Origin: Saprolegnia diclina VS20 | Lineage: Eukaryota | Direction: 5' to 3' | Assembly: GCF_000281045.1 (NCBI RefSeq) | Contig: NW_008246081.1 | Span: forward strand, 480,791-544,790 | Length of the DNA: 64,000 nt | In this document: one piece after another, positions 11,254-23,088 of the stretch | Layout: each line of letters starts with the position of its first letter | Position numbering within the stretch: position 1 is the stretch's first letter | Notes under the pieces: model-generated | What the model was told of the DNA's origin: nothing | What the model saw: the letters and a program-made list of their open reading frames with translations, nothing else | Database searches by the model: none | Position numbers and translations under genes: made by a program

Positions 11254-13375
11254 ATGGGCGACGAGAGGTACCCAGCGCCGTCCGCGCCGCATGGCCTCAG
11301 TCGCCTCGGCTACGAGCTCCGCGTGGCAGCAACCCTTCGGCGCGCGGCCGAGCCGCTGCTTGAGACGGACGTGTTTGCCTGGTAGACACGCTGCCCGCAC
11401 CGAGTCGTTGGGCGTCACGTACGGTACGGTAGGGGCTACGGCGTCGAGGGCAGCCTTGGTCGCGACAATACGCAGACTGCGAATCTGCCCGTGCGCGTCT
11501 CGGCGCTGCGCCACGCGTCGATCGCGCAAGTCGCCGCGGGCCGCCACTTGACCCTATTCCTCGACGGTACAGCCAGTACACAACGTACCGGCGTCGCATG
11601 CCTGCACTAATTAGACGCAGGACAAGTGTACCAGTGCGGCCGCGTCGGCGACTATGTCACGGCGGCCAACTGGGTGCCCCGACCCGTGCATGGGCTGCCA
11701 CCCATGCAGAGCGTCGCCGCCGGCACCCGCGCGTGCTTTGCCATCGCTGGTACGAACAAGACATCTCGGGCTGCGCCATTTATTCAATGTATGCAGCCCC
11801 GCGGCGGGTCCGACCACTCACTCTCGGCCGCGACGACGACGGCGGTAGGTGCGATACCAAGCGCGCAAGTGTCAAGGACGATAGAGGTTGCGGTGCCACT
11901 CGACGACGGCGGCGGTGTGGTGTATGCATGGGGAGATGGCTGTCATGGGCAGCTCGGGCTCGGCTGTGACGCGTCAATGACGGTACAACCGCGCCACAGC
12001 ATGACGTACAGGACTGCTACCGTAGGTCCCGCAGCCAGTGGCGTTGCCAACACCCGTCGTCCGAGTGTGCGCGGGCCACCACTTTACGCTCGCCATCACG
12101 TCGCAAGGCGACCTCTACTCGTGGGGCCGCAACTCCCACGGACAACTTGGCCACGGTAGCGCTGCCCTTTTCGCAAAACAGCTATGTCATCGATGGACAT
12201 GAACTAGGGAGTACGGCTCTCGAGCCGACGCCGCGACGGGTCGAAGGACTTCCGCGCGTACGCACAGTCGCGGCTGGGACGAGTCATGTGCTGGCGCTCT
12301 GCGGTTCGTACGCTTGATGCTTACGTGCGCCTGACAGAAGCGTAGGCACGACCGTATATAGCTGGGGCCGCAGCCAGCACGGGTGCTTGGGTCTCGGTGG
12401 CGACGACCGCGATGTTCCGTCGCCCGTCGAAGTCGCGTACTTCCGCTGCATGCGCGCTGAGAAAGCGGCGGCCGGCAGCGACCACTCGCTCGTCGTACGT
12501 CATTCGGTGCTGAAGACCTCCACGAGAGTGTGGTAGGTGTGCATGCTCGGGGTTCGGACCTTCCTCTACGCGTTTGGCTCGAACGCGTTTGGGCAGCTCG
12601 GCCTCAACCTCACGATCCCATACCTCGACACGCCCCAGTGCGCCCAAGAGTTTGAGTACGCTGCCTCGTCCCGACGCATTGCGCAGATCCACGCGGGCGA
12701 CCGCTTCTCCGTCGCGCTGCTGAGTACGTCCATGGCGCTTTCGATCCATGGTACAAGCGTGCAATAGCCAACGGCGAGGTGTGCACGTGGGGCGACGGAA
12801 CGCATGGCAAGACGAGTCACGGCGTGCAGCGGCAAGCAACCTGCGTCCCGTGGGCTATCGACGCGATCGCGTCACGCTTTGCGATCGACGTCGCCGTCGG
12901 CTTTGCCCATGGTCTTTGTCGTTTCCGGCAGGGTAGGGCAACGCACGTGCGCTCCTGCATCATTCCTCGTCTTGGCTAGACGCCGCCACGCGCATGAACC
13001 GGTTTCGCCAGTTCCTTGTGCCCCGGGTCATCTCGCACTTGCTTCCTCCCGAGCGTGGCAGTCTCTGTACGACCGCGTCCCATCTCGCTTGCTCACGAGG
13101 ATGCCCTAGCTCGGGCTTGTGTGTGTACGTCGACGCTCCAAACGTCGTCGGCGCCGCTCGGCCTGCACTACCACTGTACAACTTGTCAAAAACAGCCTCT
13201 CTGCCGCCACTGCAGTCTGCGCTGCCATCGTCAGCACACGATAGAGCTTGTCGCGCGCGATCATGTCGGCGCGCAGTGCGTCTGCGAGGCGTGTCCGGCC
13301 GCCACGCTGCCCTCTGTGCCCGAGAGCTCTGTGTCTAATGCCGCATCAACACGGCGAACGCTTCCCTTTGGTTAG
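11254..13375 (+). CDS. Multi-exon RCC1-repeat protein with a C-terminal UBR-type zinc finger
   Basis: VYAWGDGCHGQLGLG, LYSWGRNSHGQLG, LYAFGSNAFGQLG, IHAGDRFSVALL, WGDGTHGK; C-terminal YHCTTC..LCRHCSLRCHRQH...CVC. Confidence 0.75.
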
Positions 13376-15608
13376 CGCAGAGCGTTTAGCTGGTGGTACA
13401 AGGTTGAGCCGAGGCTGCCCGTTGTGAGCCGTCGCGCCATATCGAGGCGCCGGCAAATCGACATTGACTGGAGCGCTCGTGGCCGCGTGAGCGAGAGAAG
13501 ACCGAGGACGAGCTGGCCACGCAGATCGTGGAGCGCTGCCGCTTGCTCGGCGTACGTCGACTGCTCAAAGAGGTGTGGGTCGATGCGGAGGAGTCGCTCG
13601 GTGCAGCTCGCATGCACGAGAACCCATGTGCTCGCTGTGCCGTCGTCGAGCTGCAGCACGAGATCGCCAAACGCCAACTCAAACACGTCTTGGCCGTGCA
13701 CGTAGGCCTCGGCGCAAAAGCTGCACTCAGCACCGGTGCGGTTGAGTGCTACCGGGCGGTGACAGAAGCGGTGCACCATGCGGACGGCCCCGCCCCGCTC
13801 GCACGTCGCGTCAACCTCGCCATTGGGCGTGAGGAACCCGACGTCGAGTATCGTGGCGCGGACAATCGACGCCGGTTGCGCTTTGGCCGAGAGTAGCGTC
13901 GGCGTGTAAAAGGACGGTGACTGGAGAAACCCGGGTAGATGGCTCCAGTTGACGACACTGCCGTTCGTGAGCGACGTCTTCATGCTGAGAATGTCGGGCC
14001 ACGCAGCACAGAGACCGACGACGCGCCGCATGGTCGCCGGGTCTTCAACGAGCACGACGCCGTCGACGTATACGACGTGACCGACGGAGGTGCGCACGGC
14101 GGCGGCGGCGACCGACCCAACGCACTCGATCTGGAGCGGCTTTTCCCGCCGGTGCCAGTCGCAAATGGTGAGTTCGACGCACAGCAGTGGCTCGAGCGCG
14201 CTGTAATACGTGGCACAGAAGGATGCGAGGAGCGGACTGGCTGCAGAGACTTTGACGTCGACCACGAGCCCAAGAAACGAGGCGTTGACGCAGCGCGATG
14301 CGAGTTGGTTGAGCTGGAGCGGGTACGGGTACTGCGACAGATTCGCAAACTTGGTGGTTTCTTCCTTCGGGATGTCGAGGGTCTCGTTGGACTGCGTCAA
14401 GATGATGTCACGCTGGACGACGGCCGGTGTCCGGAAGAGGACCGTCGACGAGCCGTACTCGAGTGCAATGTGCGGATACACGCGGCTGTGCGGTGGGACT
14501 TCGTCTAATATCGCGCGGTGCTCGGGCGAATGCTGGGCGTCGACCGATAGCAAGAACGGGCAGTCGATCAAGAGATGGTCGCCCGGCTGCAGGAGCTGGC
14601 TCAGCAGCGTCTGCTGGTCCCAGAGCACGAACAGGAAGGAGGGGGTAGGGGACGCTATGGGCGACACGAGGATCGTCTGCCGTCGCAGCGCGCCGGACGC
14701 CACGCATGGCCGTGCAGCCAAGACATCGACGACCTACTCGCAAGCTGGACGGTTGCAGGACGCGGTAGAGACGAGGTAGTACCTTGAGGCGGAATCGCTG
14801 CTGGTGCATCATGTCGGGAGGCATCTGTTGCCACTGGAGCAGCGTCGTGATACAACGGGCGTCGTCCGAGAAGGTCTTGTCCCAAGCGTCCCGCAGCGAG
14901 AGCTCAAAGACCATAAAGTCGGTGGGCAGGTACCGGCGCAGCTTGGTGTCTACGCTGCCATCGATCCTGCGACGCTTGATGGGAGAGAATGGTACCGTTC
15001 GTGCTCTGGAGTCGGCGTAGGTTGGTCAACCACAGCTTGCGCTTGAGATTGAACGGGTGCGGAGTCCTGCGGAAGCATGCGAAATCGGTCGGTCAGGGAT
15101 GGAGCACACGTACGCCGGGTCGTTGGAGAAGAAGCGCTCAAAGCGCTGGTGGATGAACCTACCATCACGCGTGTCGTCCGTGCAGTCGCCAGGAAATCAA
15201 TTACATGTGCGTCTCGGCGCGGGCGCGCGTCTCATCTTCCTGCGACGCTGCGTGGAGCGTTAGCATGTCGAGGACGAGCGTGTGGCGTGCGGCGATCAAT
15301 TGGCGAAGCTCGGCGACTTGCACGTCGGTCTCGCTGGACCGGTCGCCAGCTATGACGCGCTCCGAATGCGACTGCAGGTAGCGCACCATGAGCTCGGTGA
15401 GCGCGACGGGCCGCGTGAGGCCATCGGGGTATTCTTGCAAGAGCGCGAGGAGCTACAAGATCGCCATCATATTCGCCGCGTCCAGTGGCCTCGCATGGCG
15501 TACATTGCGCGCGACCCAATGGATCGAGACGTCGCGGTCCTTGGGCCGGCGCGGGAAGCACGCGATCTGGACCGCGTCCCGCAGCATCTGCAGCGACGGC
15601 CACTCCAT
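13372..15608 (-). CDS. Multi-OB-fold ssDNA-binding protein (CDC24_OB/RPA-like) with a zinc ribbon in the last OB fold
   Basis: N-terminal HWVARN...LLQEYPDGLT; OB-like strands (ASFLGLVVDVKV, VGHVVYVDGV); HRFC...CSFC followed by LVLQLDDGTAS..V.....ERLL, as in RPA70-C-type folds; multi-exon. Confidence 0.7.
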
Positions 15609-15801
15609 CGCGACGTCGGGGTTGTCGGTTCGGCGGAGATGGCGGAAATAATATGGAAAGCGACGGAATTCGATTTTAATAAAATACGCAAAAAGGCCAG
15701 AAAGGCGGAGCGTTTGTATCGCCGCGATTGGTTGAAGCAATTAAAAATGCATTTTATTACTCACACCCTTCGGCGCTCGAAATAGTTTAGCTTTTGCGTC
15801 C

Positions 15802-18533
15802 ATGAGCGTCGACGGGCCCGACGCGCCGGCGAGCGAGAGTCCCGCCATGAGCCTCTCGGTACGTCGATCCCATGCGCATGGACCTGTGGAAGAGCATGCA
15901 CATGCGATGGACGATCCTGATCCTGCGCGTGTAGGACGCGACGAGCGAAGCCTTGGATCGACCTGGCGAGATCTTGCAGGTCAAGACGCTCATGCACCTC
16001 ACCGTCCACGTGGGCATGGACGGCAACGAGAGCTTTGCATCCTCGGGCATCTCGCCATCGGGCTTCTCGGAAGACATGTCGCCGCAGAGCAGCCCCGTGG
16101 GTGCGTTCATGCTGCCGCTGCGCCGGCGAAGCGACGCGGACGCAGTGCGGACACCGACGGGGTCGGCGAGGAAGCTCGTGGACGAGCTCGCAAGTCCCCA
16201 GGGACCGTATACGCCGGGCATGGACGAGCCACGCAAGAACCGACGCGCGAGCACGAGCAGCGTCGAGTTTTCACGCGAGCAGATTCAGAGCTTCGAGACC
16301 AACCTCGGTCGCCACTACTTTTTCGCGCGGCTCGGCGCGAGCTTGACCGTGCAAGGCGGTATGATGTCGGTCGTCGACTCGGACGACCTCGCCGACGTCC
16401 GCCAGTCCAACGTCGGCGACGTGCTCAAGCAAGGCTGGCTCATGAAGAAAGGAGGCGTCGTGCCCACGTGGCGACGGCGATGGTTCACCTTGTCCCACAG
16501 GTAGAATCGCCTCTGCCTTCCCGCTTCTCTACAACATCCATTTTAGCGCGGACGGACCGATCCTCACGTACGCCAAGGAGGTACCCGCGCGTCGTTTCTC
16601 ATTTGATACGAGTTCGTCTCCTTTGTAGAAATCGCCGGCGGGGAAGGCCAAGACCACGGTCAAGACGATCCGCCTCTCGTCGAGCTCGCAGTGCTCCGTC
16701 GTGCCCAAGACCAAAGCCAACAGCCGGGACCGCGAATTCGAATTCAAAGTTGCCACGTCCGTCGACTTGGCGCAGCGCGAGTACTTTGTCCAAGCCATCT
16801 CCAACGTCGAGATGGCCGCGTGGATTGCCGCGATCAAGGCCGCGATCAACGACTCGCAGACCAATGCACTCCATGGTGCGTGCTTTAGCCTAGCAGTTGC
16901 TCTTCGGTCGTCCTAAACCGTGGGCGTAGCGGGCGGCCTGCGCTCGTTCTGGGACAAGACGGGCATCAACGGGTTCCTCATTCACTACGGCGTGCGCAAG
17001 TGCAGCAACCGGAACCACGTCCAGACGCGCGTGCTCGAGCTCAACTTTGCCGACCAAACGATCGTCAACACCAAGCGCGGCGAGACGCTCACGACCTTGC
17101 CGTTCGCTGCGCTCAGAACGATTCGCGTCCTCACTGACAACTCGGAGTGGGGCTTTGGCCTCGAAATCACGTGGGACAAGCACCGCAACTGGCCTCTGTA
17201 CCTCGACACGGCTGCGGCGCGCGACGACCTCGTCGCGCTCTTGCAGCACATAACGTCTGGCGCCATTGACCCAGAGCAGCTCCGGAAACGGTACCCGCAG
17301 CTCACACTCAAGACCGGGAGCATGGAGCGCAAGCAGGCGAGCCACAATGCGACGCTCAAAGGCCGCTTCCACGTCAAGTTGCACGAAGCCTTCTTGACGT
17401 TTTTCCCCGAGCACGCGACTTTGGTCCGGCCGTGGTTTGTGCTGCCACTGAAGGAGCTCCGCGTGTCGATGGACGCAGCGACCGACACGCTCTACTTGGG
17501 CCGGCATGTCATGATCTGCGACTCGGCGCAAGAGTGCAAGTCGTGGTACTCTGCGATCCTCGCGGCGTCGATTCTACCGCGGGAGATCATGGACGCCGAG
17601 ATGGACAAGCGCGAGAAGATCCGACGCACGTGCGTCCGGACCGTCATGAAGCTGCGCAAGCTGCTCAAGGCCAGCGTCAAGCCCGAAGGCAACGCGCCAG
17701 CCAAAGACCAAAAGCTCATCGACGTCATGCTCAAGCAGCTCTGGACGTACGTCTTCCCGAGCGACGTCTTTGTGTCCAACACGGACGTGCGCTGGCAAGA
17801 AATCGGGTTTCAACGGTATATCGCGGTCCTTCCGTAGCGTATGATATCTTACGAATGCTTGTCTAGCGGCGGCCCACCCTCGGATTTGCGCGCGAGCGGC
17901 CTCCTCGGTCTCCACTGCCTCATGTACTTTGTGCGGCACCACACAAAGCTCGCGACCTCCATTATGAACCGGATTCGGCACGGCGTCAGCGAAGGCAACT
18001 TAAAGAACTACCCGTTTGCGATCGCCTGCATCAACGTGGTCGCGACGCTGGTCGAGTTTCTCGGCATTGGGGACGCGGGGTCCCATTTCGACGGGTGCGT
18101 CTCGAGCGCACCCAAGACCTTTGTCGCGTTCATCGCCAACGACGTCGAGAAGAAGGGCGACGCGACGTCGTCGAATGCGCTGAGCCGCGCGTCGCTCCAC
18201 GCGTCATTGAGCCAGTATCAGACGTGGGACGACCTCACCGGGGACGTGATCAACACGGTGTTTGAAGACATGTTTTGCATCCTCTTCCCGATCCTCGACC
18301 GGCTCTTTGTCGAAATGGGCGCCGTACGCATACTGCGATACTGCCATGTCGTATTCTCATGGTGCGGCTAGGGGTACATGGAGTTTGGTCAAGTGCTACT
18401 GGCGTTTCGAAAGCGTGTGACCGTCATCTTTGCGACCGAGCCACCGACGTGGTCGGCGCTTCAAGTCCTCGCAAGCGAACCCGTCACCGAGACGCTCGTC
18501 GCGCCGAGCATCATCTCCAAGCAAGTGCATTAG
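15802..18533 (+). CDS. Multi-PH-domain ELMO/CED-12 domain protein
   Basis: PH1 KQGWLMKKGGVVPTWRRRWFTL...EMAAWIAAI; two further PH-like units (RDDLVALL, ECKSWYSAIL); ELMO WQEIGFQR|GGPPSDLRASGLLGLHCLMYF...NYPFAIACINV. Confidence 0.9.
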
Positions 18534-18586
18534 GTGGCTTCTCTGTGGTGATTTATCCAACAACAACAACATGCCGAATCGCTGTC

Positions 18587-19322
18587 CTAATGCGCGTCGG
18601 CAGTGTCGTCATGGCGGATGTGGCCCTTGCCGCCAAGCTCCCAAGACGGCGATACGTCGTCGGTGTAGGGCGCGGGCCGTGGGCTGTCTGAGTAGGCGCT
18701 GGGGCGGGGCGCTTCGGATGATGAAGCCTTGGGCGACAAGAGACCAATGCCAGAAGCTGAGAGCTTCTTTTGCAGTTGGAGTGCAGCCGACCGGGCCTCG
18801 TAGAGCGCCGATGGCGAGTGGAGGACGTCAAAGAGGTCGGCTGCTAGCTTCCGCACGCCGGCGCCAGCGTCCAAGTCCTTGCTGTACTTGTACTGCTGGC
18901 TTTCGTCGCGGTTGTAATGCAGCGCGAGGTCGCGCACGAGCGGCTTCTTGACAAGGACATCGTTGAGAAACGGGTCGGCGCCGTGGAGGACGCAGTGGTG
19001 CAGCACGACGAGTACCTACGCATGTATATGTGGCGATACAGGAGCGATAGCCGTGACGACGCACCTTGCGCAGGACGTGTGGGCGGTCGGGCGCTGTCTC
19101 AATCGTGAGCCACAGGCGCTGCAAGATGCGCTTGCAGTCGACGACGTTGAAGGTGCGCGCGGCGAAGTCGTGGAGCGCGGCCGTCGGTGGGCCCAGCGCC
19201 GAGTCCTCAAGGTGCGTGTCGAGCAGCTTCTCGACGGGCGACCGGTCGTCCTGCGCGAGACCGCGGAAGCTCTTCTTGGCCTGCAGCACAAGCTCGTCCA
19301 GCGCAGCTCGGACGCGGTCCAT
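18587..19322 (-). CDS. ENTH-domain (epsin-like) protein, one intron
   Basis: LGPPTAALHDFAARTF...ILQRLW...VLRK|VLVVLHHCVLHG...DAGAGVRKLA..L...SALYEAR follows the ENTH helix pattern. Confidence 0.8.
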
Positions 19323-20016
19323 GCTTATAGCTCTCTGCTCGACGCCAACGACAACCGAAAGCGACGAAGTTCGAAGTTGACGTAACCGCTGGCTAAACAC
19401 ACTCCCCTTACGCGTTATCCGGATGCAGGCGCCACAGACTGCCACGTCATACATGTAGTTGCGAAGCGCCGTGATCTCTGGTTCATCGATTGGCTCTAAG
19501 CGATCCACACAAATTGCGCCAGTAACTTGAGGTCGAGTAGCTGCTATGATACATTTTCATCACTGACCAGTCGCGCTGGCAAGGCAGCGAAATCGCGTCG
19601 CCAAACGTCACTCTGCTGGTCCTGATCTCTCATATTCGGAGGGGTAGTCCCATGGGATCCCATGGGACAATACCAATGACCTTGGCAATCTATACCAAGC
19701 TCTAATGAATACCAAGCTCCAAAGACCAAGCTCTTCTCAACGCAGCCACTTGTCGTTCTGTCGTACAATCTGGAGCAGATCTTGACGGCAGCAGCCGTGT
19801 CATGAAATATCACGTTATGGAGGCTCTCTGGATAGAAATCGCTATCGTTCTTTCAATATCGCCGAATCACTTTTTCGATCTATGTAATTCTAAAGGTAAA
19901 CTTGCGAAACATGGTAATCTTCAACTGGAAGGTTAATTGGTTTCGATGCTTGTTCGACGATGCCATTGGCTAGAATCTCGCATACAGTGTAGCAAGTGTG
20001 GATATATGTATCTTGG

Positions 20017-20032
20017 TCATTTCCCATTTCGC
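20017..20032 (+). promoter_or_regulatory. Oomycete Inr+FPR core promoter
   Basis: TCATTTCCCATTTCGC immediately upstream of ATG 20038. Confidence 0.7.
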
Positions 20033-20037
20033 AAGAC

Positions 20038-20895
20038 ATGGCCCGGCACGACGCGCTCCTCTCGGCCATCTTGCTGCTCGCGCTGCTCGTGCCTGGCATG
20101 AGCGCGGCCAACATCACGAGCGGCAACTCGACGTTCGACCAGAACGCCAACGCGCTTTTCTCGTCGGCCTCGAACATCGCATGGGCGCCCGGCCTCGTGG
20201 CCACCATCTCGCTCATCGCCGGCGTTATCGTCACCTTTTTTGGCTACAAGCTCTTCCGCCCCGTCATGTTTATCTGCGGCTTTGCAGTCGGGTCAGTTCT
20301 CGGCTACCTCATTGCGGAAAAGATCTTCAGCGGCCAGTCGTATGTGGTCACGGCGTCCTGGATCGCCTTCCTCGTCCTCGGGCTCCTCGTCGGCTCGATC
20401 GTCATGAACATTTGGGTCTGCGGCGTCTTTCTCGTCGGGGCAGCCGCCGGCGTCCTCCTCGCGTTTGAGCTCAACACGTCGGTCGGGTACAAGATTTACC
20501 CGTCGAACCCGACGACGAGTCTCTGGATTCTCATCATCGTGCTTGGGCTCATTGCCGGCGGCTTGGCCATCTGGCTGGAGCGGCCGATGCTCATTGTCGC
20601 GACGAGTTTGTTTGGCGCGATCGCAACGACATGGGGCATTGGGTACTTTGCCGGTCAGTACCCAAGCAGCACGGAGCTCGAAGCTTGGCGCAAGCAAGCG
20701 GCGAACGGGACGTTCGAGTACGACTTGCCGAACGCGTGGTGGGCCTACTTGGCTGCGACCGCTGTCCTTTTTGGGCTGGGCGTCTTTGTCCAGTTTCATA
20801 AGACCGCGGCCGGCGTTGTGCACTCGAACCCGCGCCGGAAGGACGCGGCGGCGACGTCGGGGCCGCACCGTGGACAGCCAATCTCGCATGTCTAG
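20038..20895 (+). CDS. TMEM198/DUF4203-family multi-pass membrane protein, paralog 1
   Basis: Signal peptide; FFGYKLFRPVMFICGF; about 7 Gly-rich TM helices; IVATSLFGA..WGIGYF; FVQF. Confidence 0.85.
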   Translation: MARHDALLSAILLLALLVPGMSAANITSGNSTFDQNANALFSSASNIAWAPGLVATISLIAGVIVTFFGYKLFRPVMFICGFAVGSVLGYLIAEKIFSGQSYVVTASWIAFLVLGLLVGSIVMNIWVCGVFLVGAAAGVLLAFELNTSVGYKIYPSNPTTSLWILIIVLGLIAGGLAIWLERPMLIVATSLFGAIATTWGIGYFAGQYPSSTELEAWRKQAANGTFEYDLPNAWWAYLAATAVLFGLGVFVQFHKTAAGVVHSNPRRKDAAATSGPHRGQPISHV

Positions 20896-21128
20896 GACTT
20901 CTTACTGTTGACGTTAGACTTCTAATGTATTTTGGATGGCTTGTAATCGTTAGTCTTAACCATTTGACTAATTTTGCAGCGGCTCGTCTACTTCAGCATT
21001 TGTGCAAGCTACGGTTGCGGCAGCCGTCGCAAGCCGGTCAAGTCGACGCGATGCACAGTAATGCGTGGGTGGTGGTGGGCGACGTCGTGGGCGTCATCAA
21101 CGCACTTGGCGTGAAGCGTCACCTCGCG

Positions 21129-21857
21129 TTAGGTGGTTTGGAGTTGGTTCAGAGCGAGGTGGCGGCCGTTCTTCTGCTGACCTGTGTCATCATCATCAGG
21201 GTTTTGAGCGTCTTCGCGGCCGTCGGCTTGAAGGCGGCGAATGGTCTCGTCCGTGATCTTGGCCGTCACTTTGCGAATGCGCTTGGAGCGGGAAGCAGCC
21301 ACCTCGACCATGACAAGCTGATAATACGCGGTGGCACGCGCTGCATTGGCGCCCGTTTGTATCGTGGCAGCTTCGGCGGTCAACGCAGCGATCGTGGTCT
21401 GCAGACGGTCGTTGAACTTTGCGAGCGTGTAGAGATCGCGGCGAAGACCCTCCGATCGAGTGTGCAAAACGCGAGCGTGTTGGAGGCTAGCCTCGTGCTT
21501 GGCCCGTAGCGTCATGAGCTCCGTGGTCAGCGCCTGTTCTTTGATGTAGTGCTCTAAGCGCAGCGTGGCCGTGTTGGCTGTCAAGGCCTTCTCGTGGGCT
21601 TGCTGCAGCGTCGTTGTCGCAGCGGCGATGGTGACTGCGTGCTCGGCGCGGAGGCTGGTGCTCCGGGCCGCCAGTTGCTTCTTGCAGCCGGTGCAAAGGC
21701 GCTCGGTGCCCAAGACAACGAGCTCTCGGGCGTGGTGGCCAGGGACGAGCATCGTTTCCGGGTCGGTGCGGTGGCAGCCAGTGGTCGTTTGAGGCGACGT
21801 CAGCGAACTTGCCTCGACCTTGGTTGTGATGGACGGGCTGCAGAAGGGCTCTCGCAT
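21129..21857 (-). CDS. Hypothetical coiled-coil protein or degenerate gene between the two TMEM198 paralogs
   Basis: 242-aa ORF with a CxxC (CTGC) and an Ala/Leu/Glu-rich heptad region; codon bias looks weaker than in neighbours. Confidence 0.4.
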   Translation of the reverse strand: MREPFCSPSITTKVEASSLTSPQTTTGCHRTDPETMLVPGHHARELVVLGTERLCTGCKKQLAARSTSLRAEHAVTIAAATTTLQQAHEKALTANTATLRLEHYIKEQALTTELMTLRAKHEASLQHARVLHTRSEGLRRDLYTLAKFNDRLQTTIAALTAEAATIQTGANAARATAYYQLVMVEVAASRSKRIRKVTAKITDETIRRLQADGREDAQNPDDDDTGQQKNGRHLALNQLQTT

Positions 21858-22236
21858 CTCACTGTTGGAATCGAAGTATAGCCTACTTTGCCGACACTAT
21901 TCGTGTAAAGGATGCTGGACCCTAACCCTACGCGACTGCACAAGCTTTCACAACCACAGCGCTGAAAAGGGCTGACTCTTACAATCGGCTTGGAGCGAGA
22001 GTCGACTGCAGTTCGAACTCTGGTTCAAGATTTCTTGGCTAGATCACTAAAAATGTAGCGCTGAGCCGGAAGCGTTGCAACTTTGGTGCTTGCAACATAT
22101 GCATGCGTACTCCCATAGAGACAAATTATATTATTTGTCGAGACCCATACCCTAGCAGCCAATTCGATTTGGCTGGCAAGTGCGATGCTTGGTTTGGACG
22201 GCGACCTTTCGCAATGCGTTTTGTATCTTTTCGTCC

Positions 22237-23088
22237 ATGGACGTCGTGGCCCGCGTGCTTTTCCTCGGCGTCGCCGCCTCGGGCGCCGTCAACCTCACGA
22301 TCGACGGCAGCAGCTCCTTTGATAAGACGACCAACCACATTGTGAACGCAACTGTGAACGGCGACTTGCCGCCAAGCATCCTCGCCGGCGTCGGCATTGG
22401 CCTCGGCTTGATCGTGGCGCTGGCCGGCTACCGGCTCTTCCGACCGGTGCTCTTCGTGAGCGGCTTTGGCGTCGGCGCCGTCCTCGCGTATCTTTTGGCC
22501 GAGGCCATCTTTACGACGCAGTCGTACGCGACGACGGCGCACTGGGTCTGCTTTGTCGCGGGTGGCCTCATCGTCGGCGCCACCGTCGTGTGCCTCTGGC
22601 GCACCGGGCTCTTTGTCATCGGCGCCGCCGCCGGCGTCCTCCTCGCCTTTGTCGTCAACACGTCCTTTGGCTACAAGCTATGGCCATCCAACCCGTCCGG
22701 TATGCTCTACGTGCTCATTGCGATCTTTGGCCTCGCCGGCGCCCTCCTCGCGCGCTGCCTCGAGCGGCCGTTCTTGATCGTCGCGACGAGTTTGGCCGGC
22801 GCGGTCGCGTGCCTCTGGGGCGTCGGGTACTTTGCGGGCGGATACCCGAGCGGCAACCACCTCGAAGCCCTGCGCAATCGCACCGCGTCGGGCGACTACA
22901 CGTACGACATTGGCAGCGCGTGGTGGGGGTACATGGCCGGGACGCTCGTCCTCTTCGGCATCGGTACCCTTGTCCAATTCCGCAAGACGGCGATGGGGTG
23001 GCACCACGCGCCAGCCGCCAGCGACGACAGCGCCTACGTGGGCTGCAGCAGTCCGGTCCACGGCCGCCCGATCCAGCATTCCTCCTAG
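22237..23088 (+). CDS. TMEM198/DUF4203-family multi-pass membrane protein, paralog 2
   Basis: AGYRLFRPVLFVSGF, NTSFGYKLWPSNP, ERPFLIVATSLAGA, WGVGYFAG, AWWGY; colinear with 20038-20895. Confidence 0.85.
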   Translation: MDVVARVLFLGVAASGAVNLTIDGSSSFDKTTNHIVNATVNGDLPPSILAGVGIGLGLIVALAGYRLFRPVLFVSGFGVGAVLAYLLAEAIFTTQSYATTAHWVCFVAGGLIVGATVVCLWRTGLFVIGAAAGVLLAFVVNTSFGYKLWPSNPSGMLYVLIAIFGLAGALLARCLERPFLIVATSLAGAVACLWGVGYFAGGYPSGNHLEALRNRTASGDYTYDIGSAWWGYMAGTLVLFGIGTLVQFRKTAMGWHHAPAASDDSAYVGCSSPVHGRPIQHSS

